Source: Candidatus Gottesmanbacteria bacterium
GTDB lineage: Bacteria; Patescibacteriota; Microgenomatia; 2-02-FULL-39-11
DNA length: 64,000 bases
Assembly: GCA_016186795.1 (NCBI GenBank)
Contig: JACPKY010000001.1
Location: forward strand, 65,357 to 129,356
Direction: 5' to 3'
Below are positions 58,299-64,000 of the stretch, in pieces. Every line of letters begins with the position of its first letter. The stretch's first letter is position 1. A program made the translations under genes and the position numbers. The notes below the pieces were generated by a model. It did not search any database and was not told where the DNA came from. It was given only the letters and a program-made list of their open reading frames with translations.

Positions 58299-59482
58299 CG
58301 TGATGCTTTTTTCATCTTTATCACCTTCTGATAAACTTTTTCATATCCACCAACGAAAGTGCGGATGGAAAAATTCTTTTCGACGTGCAAACGTGAGTTT
58401 TCTCTCATTTTTTTATATTCGAAAGGAGCGAGTGATTGAAGTTTTTTCAACGCTTCGATAAGTCCCTTTTCACCAACCTCTTTTATTAGATAGTCACCTG
58501 TTCTGTGATTGCTATCTGAATTTACTAAAAATCCCGTTACCCCATCAATTACAATTTCCGAAACTGCTCCCCTCGCAAATGCAATAACTGGAGTCCCACA
58601 AGCCATCGCTTCAATCATGACCATCCCAAACGGCTCCTCCCACTCTATGGGAAAAAGAAGCGCCTGAGCACCTCCATAGAGAAGAAACTTATCCCTCCCG
58701 TTTACCATCCCCGGTTTTCCGATGAGCTTGTTCCCCAAATAGGGCTTTACGCTGTTGACAAAATAATCTGATTCATGTGTTGCGTCAGGAAATTCAGTCC
58801 CAATCTCGAGCCGATTATTAACTGCGAGACAAGCAGAAATTGCATGGTGGAGTCCTTTTTCAGGGATGAGTCTTCCCATAAAAAGAAAATAATCCGATGC
58901 CTCTTTATATACAGGAAAATGTTGAGATTTTACTCCATGGTAGACTGTATCAATAAAATTTAATTTCAAATCTTTATGATGGCGAAATGAATTACTGATT
59001 GAGACATATGGATGATCTTTGAATTTTTTCAAAAGCCAGTAGACAAGCCCGTTTTCCTCAATCGGTAAAGGATCATGAAGCGTATACACTGTCGGAACAA
59101 GACTTAACGTATCAAAAAAATGAGCCATCGTATCATGGTATGAATGAATAATATCGAACTTTTCTACCTTTGCCATTTTGTAGCAACGAGAAGTCAAATC
59201 TATTTCATAGTTTCTTTTCAATCCGAAAAAACTAGACCATTTCGCTCTTTCAGTATAGCCTCGCATTTTTTCCTCAATCATATTTTTCCCAAGCAAATTA
59301 GGATCTCCTGAGATAATCTTAGCCTTTGTCGGCGTATCGGGGGTTGTAAAAAAATAGACTTCGTGTCCCTCACTAACTAGACCATCCGCAAGATCAATTG
59401 CAAGATCTCGAGGGGCAAATATCATTTCCCCATATCGTTTTGGAGACATATAGATGGATGGCAAAAGAAGTCCTATTCTCAT
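58295..59482 (-). CDS. GT4 glycosyltransferase
   Basis: GRL.PEKG, WEEPFGMVMIEAMACGTPV. Confidence 0.9.
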   Translation of the reverse strand: MRIGLLLPSIYMSPKRYGEMIFAPRDLAIDLADGLVSEGHEVYFFTTPDTPTKAKIISGDPNLLGKNMIEEKMRGYTERAKWSSFFGLKRNYEIDLTSRCYKMAKVEKFDIIHSYHDTMAHFFDTLSLVPTVYTLHDPLPIEENGLVYWLLKKFKDHPYVSISNSFRHHKDLKLNFIDTVYHGVKSQHFPVYKEASDYFLFMGRLIPEKGLHHAISACLAVNNRLEIGTEFPDATHESDYFVNSVKPYLGNKLIGKPGMVNGRDKFLLYGGAQALLFPIEWEEPFGMVMIEAMACGTPVIAFARGAVSEIVIDGVTGFLVNSDSNHRTGDYLIKEVGEKGLIEALKKLQSLAPFEYKKMRENSRLHVEKNFSIRTFVGGYEKVYQKVIKMKKASR

Positions 59483-60567
59483 TGAATTGATCCTTTCGGA
59501 TTATGTGTTGCAAAAAAACTATCTGTCACCTCTCCTACCGTTTTTGCTAATATGCGATACGATTGTGTCGTTTCCGGTGCAGAATATTCTTTTGTTACCG
59601 GACGCATCTCACTAGCTTGGAAGGCTTTCTTGAAAGTAGAAAAATCAAAATGCTCGTCAAAACTATCTGGTAATTTATTATATATATCAGGAACGGCAAT
59701 ATCACGTTCCTGGTAATACCGTTTAAAACTGGTTGCTATTTCCCAAAATCTCCTTGGCGACACAATTGATGCTAAACGAGCCGATACATAATATGGATTA
59801 TTCCGTAAATTTTCCATCTGAATTGATTGTCCCTTATACGTAATCTCTTCATGAGGGGCAAAAGGAATTAGATCCTCGTATATCCGACCTATCTCAGGCT
59901 GAGTCTTGTCCAGATTCGCATAAATTTTCTGATAGTCAGGATTGTAACCATAATGCCGAAGAACTCGCTCCGTAGATAAAACAGTAACTCCTCTTTTATC
60001 CAACCCGAATGCTTTGATCGTTTCCCAAAGCCTGGGAATATGCCATTCAGATGACATAATCGCTAAATTCCCTTCCCAATATCCTCCAGCCTCCTTATCA
60101 AGAAAATTAATACCTTCCAAAATATTAAAGGTCGTTGAACTGGCTTTAGTATCCAATATTCTCGTTTTCTGATCGGCAATTTGTCTTTGCTCAGGACGTA
60201 TATGTTGTGGCTGAGTTCTATCGTACGTTGCGGCTAAAAGGCTAGCCTCGGTTAACGCTTGTTCAATAGGATGAGAATGAGGATTATTTTTTGCACTATC
60301 GTAACCGCTTAAAATGACTCTTTCTGTCATTCCACCGACAACAAGTAATTTTGCTGCCACAGCATTAAGCGTCGTATATATATTTTTCGCAACAGGATTA
60401 TCTTCTTCCATAACTAAACCTCTTCCTACTCCTTGTACTAATTGATTATTACTCTTAGCCGGCTCTAGATGTCTTCGGAGAGCCAATGGACCCATTCCAC
60501 AAACAATGACTCCATCAAGTGGTGCTTTCCCAACAGTTTCAACTCTTGGTGGACCCTCTCCGTTCAT
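59479..60567 (-). CDS. Hypothetical protein, possibly YdcF/DUF218-like
   Basis: ILSG, STTFNI, SSEWHIPR resemble DUF218 motifs. Confidence 0.5.
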   Translation of the reverse strand: MNGEGPPRVETVGKAPLDGVIVCGMGPLALRRHLEPAKSNNQLVQGVGRGLVMEEDNPVAKNIYTTLNAVAAKLLVVGGMTERVILSGYDSAKNNPHSHPIEQALTEASLLAATYDRTQPQHIRPEQRQIADQKTRILDTKASSTTFNILEGINFLDKEAGGYWEGNLAIMSSEWHIPRLWETIKAFGLDKRGVTVLSTERVLRHYGYNPDYQKIYANLDKTQPEIGRIYEDLIPFAPHEEITYKGQSIQMENLRNNPYYVSARLASIVSPRRFWEIATSFKRYYQERDIAVPDIYNKLPDSFDEHFDFSTFKKAFQASEMRPVTKEYSAPETTQSYRILAKTVGEVTDSFFATHNPKGSIQ

Positions 60568-61651
60568 ACGAATAATTTTTCAAAACTTTCTCTAATGCTT
60601 TCTCATACCCATTGACCATTTTTTCAATCGTAAAATTTTCCTCAATGTGCTTTCGACAATCCTCGCGCCGAATAGAATTTATTTTCTTGACTGCTTCTAC
60701 CATCCTTACTTCACTATTATCTTCTATAACAAAACCGGTCTTACCATCAACTACTATCTCAGTAATTGCACCGTTTCCAAAAGCAACAACCGGCGTCCCA
60801 CAGGCCATTGCTTCAATTAATACTAATCCGAACGGCTCTTCCCAAAGAGTTGGAAATAGAAAGCCTCTTGCTTCTTGATACAGGGTAACAATCTCTGATT
60901 TGGAAATTTCTCCAACCCATTGAATGTCTGTTCCATTGATATGTGGGGCAATTTCCGTTTGATAATACCCCTGATCTTTTATTCTCCCTCCGATTTTAAG
61001 TGGAACACCGGCTTTTTTTGCTACACGAATTGCAGCTACCGGATTTTTGTTTCGAGCAATTGATCCGAGATAAAGGAAATAATTCTTCGGTGTATCATTG
61101 TATGCAAAAACCCCCGTATCTACTCCATTGTAAACTGTCGCTATATAGTTTAAATGTGGGTACGCTTTTCTTTGCGCATTCGATATTGAAATAAGCGGAG
61201 TCTTATATTTTTCTAGTTGAGAAACAAGTTCATCAAAAAGAGGCAAATGCATCACATGAACAACCGGTTTCTTGATATAGTGAAGGACCGGTAAAACTAT
61301 TGATTCCCCTCTCAAATTATTTAAAACTATATCATAATCATTTTGCCGTTTTATAAGTTCTTCCAAAACATTCCCCAGTTGGGCAATTTCAAGGCGAAGT
61401 TTATACGATGATCCAATCCGGATAGTATCCTCATCTATCTTTTTCCCAACGCCTAAAAGCGTTTCTCCGACTCCAATATCAACAAGATCAATATGTGCAT
61501 GATGAATCGTTGATGTCCCCGGTGCAAAAAGGGAAACCTTGTGATTTTTCGCGGCAAAACCAAGCGCTTGAGAATATACAAGCTGTTCTATTGCGGCCTG
61601 TCCAGACGGAGGAATTGAGGTAGATACCGATCCTAAGAGCGCAATACGCAT
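60539..61651 (-). CDS. GT4 glycosyltransferase
   Basis: WEEPFGLVLIEAMACGTPV. Confidence 0.9.
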   Translation of the reverse strand: MRIALLGSVSTSIPPSGQAAIEQLVYSQALGFAAKNHKVSLFAPGTSTIHHAHIDLVDIGVGETLLGVGKKIDEDTIRIGSSYKLRLEIAQLGNVLEELIKRQNDYDIVLNNLRGESIVLPVLHYIKKPVVHVMHLPLFDELVSQLEKYKTPLISISNAQRKAYPHLNYIATVYNGVDTGVFAYNDTPKNYFLYLGSIARNKNPVAAIRVAKKAGVPLKIGGRIKDQGYYQTEIAPHINGTDIQWVGEISKSEIVTLYQEARGFLFPTLWEEPFGLVLIEAMACGTPVVAFGNGAITEIVVDGKTGFVIEDNSEVRMVEAVKKINSIRREDCRKHIEENFTIEKMVNGYEKALEKVLKNYSYERRGSTKS

Positions 61652-61711
61652 GAATCTATCATAGCGGGAATTAGTGGAGGAGTAAAGCTGAAGGAGTGGG
61701 AAAATTCGGTA

Positions 61712-62917
61712 CTATTTATTCCGGACAAGACCCCGATATACGCTATCAAATCGCTCTGCAATTTTTGTCCAAGTAAATTTCTCCTCAACTGTCTTTCTTG
61801 CGGCAAGACCCATTTTTCTACATTTTTCCTCGTTAGTAAAAAGTCCATTTACTTCTCGTACTATCTCTTTACTATTTCGGGGACGGACAAAGATCCCATT
61901 GACGCCATCTTTTATTGCCATGACAGTTCCTCCCTTTCTGGTGACAATGACAGGAGTACTACTTGCCATGGCTTCAATCGTTGTCAGTCCCAATGGCTCA
62001 TCCCAGACAGCTGGAGAAACAAAAACATCAGAAAGATAGTAAAGATCGATAACTTTTGCAGGGTCATTAAAAAACCCAAGCATGGTCACGTTTTTCAGGT
62101 TCATATCCTTTATCATTTGCTCTAAGAATTTCTTTTGCGGTCCATCCCCTGCTATCACCACCTGACCATGGATGTTTTTGGCAGCTTTCACAAGATACGC
62201 TACACCTTTCTCACTGATAATACGACCAGTAAATAGTGCAATCTTCTTCCCTTGAAGGCCTAGTTCTTTCCTTAAACCATCAGTGTTTTTACGAATGGGA
62301 AACATACTAAGAGGAATGCCACCAGGAATTGTCCGGGTTTTTTGGGAAAGATTTGTCCCAAACATTTTAATAAGTTTTGCTCTGGTATCACCAGATACGA
62401 CTGTAATGGCAGAAGCGGCATTCAGCGCGTCTCGACTCAAGCGGAAATAGCGACGATCACGGCTAATAGCATGGATGCAACTTCCATGAGAGGTAACAAT
62501 GAATTTAATGCCAAAAATGCTACGAACAAAACGCGCAGCCCAACTATTCACTGCGACATGATGGACGTGAATAATATCCGGTTTGAAACTGTTCACTGCT
62601 TCGATTGTGCCATCAATGAACCCTTTATAGAGATCCGCAATCTCACTTGGGTTCAGTTCTGCATATCGCTTGGATTTTGGAAGACCAGGTCTTCCGATAA
62701 AAACGGGAATTTGCGGAAGTTTTATTGGGAAAATGGGAATCCTTGGATCAAAGACATGCTTTTCAGGAGCAGCAATTGCTATTTTATCCTTATAATGGTA
62801 TCTCTCTACCAGCCTAAGTGCCAAATACTTCACATAGGCACCTGATCCCCCACCATGGAGAGGAAAATCATAGAGGAACAGAATCTTCGGTCTGCCATTT
62901 CCGTTTCCTTTCATCAT
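61712..62917 (-). CDS. GT4 glycosyltransferase
   Basis: GGSG, GRI..EKG, EPLGL..IEAMA. Confidence 0.9.
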   Translation of the reverse strand: MMKGNGNGRPKILFLYDFPLHGGGSGAYVKYLALRLVERYHYKDKIAIAAPEKHVFDPRIPIFPIKLPQIPVFIGRPGLPKSKRYAELNPSEIADLYKGFIDGTIEAVNSFKPDIIHVHHVAVNSWAARFVRSIFGIKFIVTSHGSCIHAISRDRRYFRLSRDALNAASAITVVSGDTRAKLIKMFGTNLSQKTRTIPGGIPLSMFPIRKNTDGLRKELGLQGKKIALFTGRIISEKGVAYLVKAAKNIHGQVVIAGDGPQKKFLEQMIKDMNLKNVTMLGFFNDPAKVIDLYYLSDVFVSPAVWDEPLGLTTIEAMASSTPVIVTRKGGTVMAIKDGVNGIFVRPRNSKEIVREVNGLFTNEEKCRKMGLAARKTVEEKFTWTKIAERFDSVYRGLVRNK

Positions 62918-62949
62918 GAACTTGATAGTACAGATTCAAGGTAAGAAAA

Positions 62950-63795
62950 TCAAGAATGAATACGGGCCATCAGGACGCGGTAAAAAAACTCTCCTCCGCG
63001 TAATTGCCGAGGAAGTCTTTGAGGATTTAGAAGGAGACGAAAAAGCCATTCAAAACCTCTCTCTCGTACCCACTTTGGCGCCCGGGGAACACTTCCTGAT
63101 AAATAATCCAGCGCACCTCCAACAGCCATGAGAACGAGAGGACGGGAAGAGAAATGGGAGAAATGAGACGAGAGAAGATGAATGAAATATTCTTGTTTGG
63201 GATGACCTAGTGCGACAAAGAGAATGTCAATATTCTTTTGACGCACGACTCTTGCAAGATTCCGAAAGTACTTCTCCGCTCCCAGAGGTGGGTTTCCGTT
63301 TGAATGAATCAGAATCTGTTGAGGACTTTGTGCCACTTTTATTTCTGGTGCATCCAACACTGTAACACGAAGATTGTTATAGCTTCTTTCTAAGCACTCA
63401 CCTGCACTGAGTGCTACTTTCCCTTTCCCACCTATAAGTCCTATCCGAAAGCCCTTTTGAGACGACAACTGACACAACTCAGCTACGAAATCAACTCCGG
63501 AAATTTTTTCGATTCGGCCCTTTTGCAAAAACCGCAACGCCCACACAATGCCATTCCCGTCGGGAATGTTTATATGGGCCTTTGCAACAATCTCTTTAAA
63601 TTTCTTATCATGAAATGAAAACGCAATAATTTCCGGGTTCGGAGTAAAAATAGAAAGTGTTTTTGGCTGTTTTTTTTTCTTTTTTTCTTCGCTCTTTCTC
63701 GTTTTTCCTAACCACTTTTCAATTTCCTCTAGGATAGTAGCCTTTTTAGCACTTGTTATTGGTATTCCGAAAAGTTCTTTAAAATTTTTCCTCAT
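62950..63795 (-). CDS. WecB/TagA/CpsF glycosyltransferase
   Basis: TPNPE, PDG.G, LG.PKQE, VGG, RAP, EWLFRL. Confidence 0.92.
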   Translation of the reverse strand: MRKNFKELFGIPITSAKKATILEEIEKWLGKTRKSEEKKKKKQPKTLSIFTPNPEIIAFSFHDKKFKEIVAKAHINIPDGNGIVWALRFLQKGRIEKISGVDFVAELCQLSSQKGFRIGLIGGKGKVALSAGECLERSYNNLRVTVLDAPEIKVAQSPQQILIHSNGNPPLGAEKYFRNLARVVRQKNIDILFVALGHPKQEYFIHLLSSHFSHFSSRPLVLMAVGGALDYLSGSVPRAPKWVRERGFEWLFRLLLNPQRLPRQLRGGEFFYRVLMARIHS

Positions 63796-64000
63796 AACAA
63801 ATCCTACAAGTCTTTTTTATCAGATTTCTTTCCTCCGAAAAAGTGCAAGATTGAGTACATTTTGTTTTTCTGTCTTTCTTATTTTTATAAAAGGAAAATA
63901 TGATCAAATTTTTTGGGAAAAAAAACTCTTTTTTTGCCTTTTTTGCCTATTTACTATGAGTCCTTATATAAAATTCCTTTTCACTGCTGAAAAATAATCT

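Noticed and set aside
46-63131. Numerous short antisense or overlapping ORFs in the track
   Set aside because: Shadows of well-supported genes on the other strand or frame
1-64000. CRISPR array, rRNA, integron or prophage
   Set aside because: No repeat-spacer array, cas, rRNA, integrase or phage structural genes seen; the long 3' stems lack RYYYAAC/GTTRRRY attC ends
63800-64000. A/T homopolymer-rich stretch
   Set aside because: Low-complexity upstream region at the window edge; no supportable feature

Overview
A 64-kb low-to-moderate GC bacterial chromosome segment. Gene content and style (many TM+Pro/Thr-linker surface proteins, leaderless core genes, L1 with a long N-terminal extension, archaeal-type CoaD) suggest a Patescibacteria/CPR organism, probably Microgenomates (inference). 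1-9.3 kb: minus-strand cluster of surface proteins (cohesin, dockerin-bearing subtilase, M4 protease, very Cys-rich protein). 9.5-43.6 kb: the normally compact tRNA-Thr/Tyr/Thr-rpmG-tRNA-Trp-secE-nusG-rplK-rplA-rplJ-rplL backbone is stretched over about 34 kb by inserts. These include six or seven toxin-antitoxin pairs, a truncated LAGLIDADG endonuclease, orphan gene cassettes with long structured leaders, a MITE, and a complete IS1595-family element (TIRs plus 8-bp target duplication) carrying hicBA and a candidate ~290-nt ncRNA. 44.7-63.8 kb: mostly minus-strand metabolic block with the whole pentose phosphate pathway, a CoaD-DUF359 fusion, glgA and glycosyltransferases. Most interesting: the IS-borne ncRNA; a recurring promoter / boxA-like motif / structured RNA / SD-led orphan / long 3' stem architecture; duplicated gene-end scars (tRNA, rplA) next to TA modules; palindromes and heptamer arrays inserted in frame in enzymes; and a possible cohesin-dockerin protease assembly. 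All calls come from reading the sequence by eye; no searches were run.
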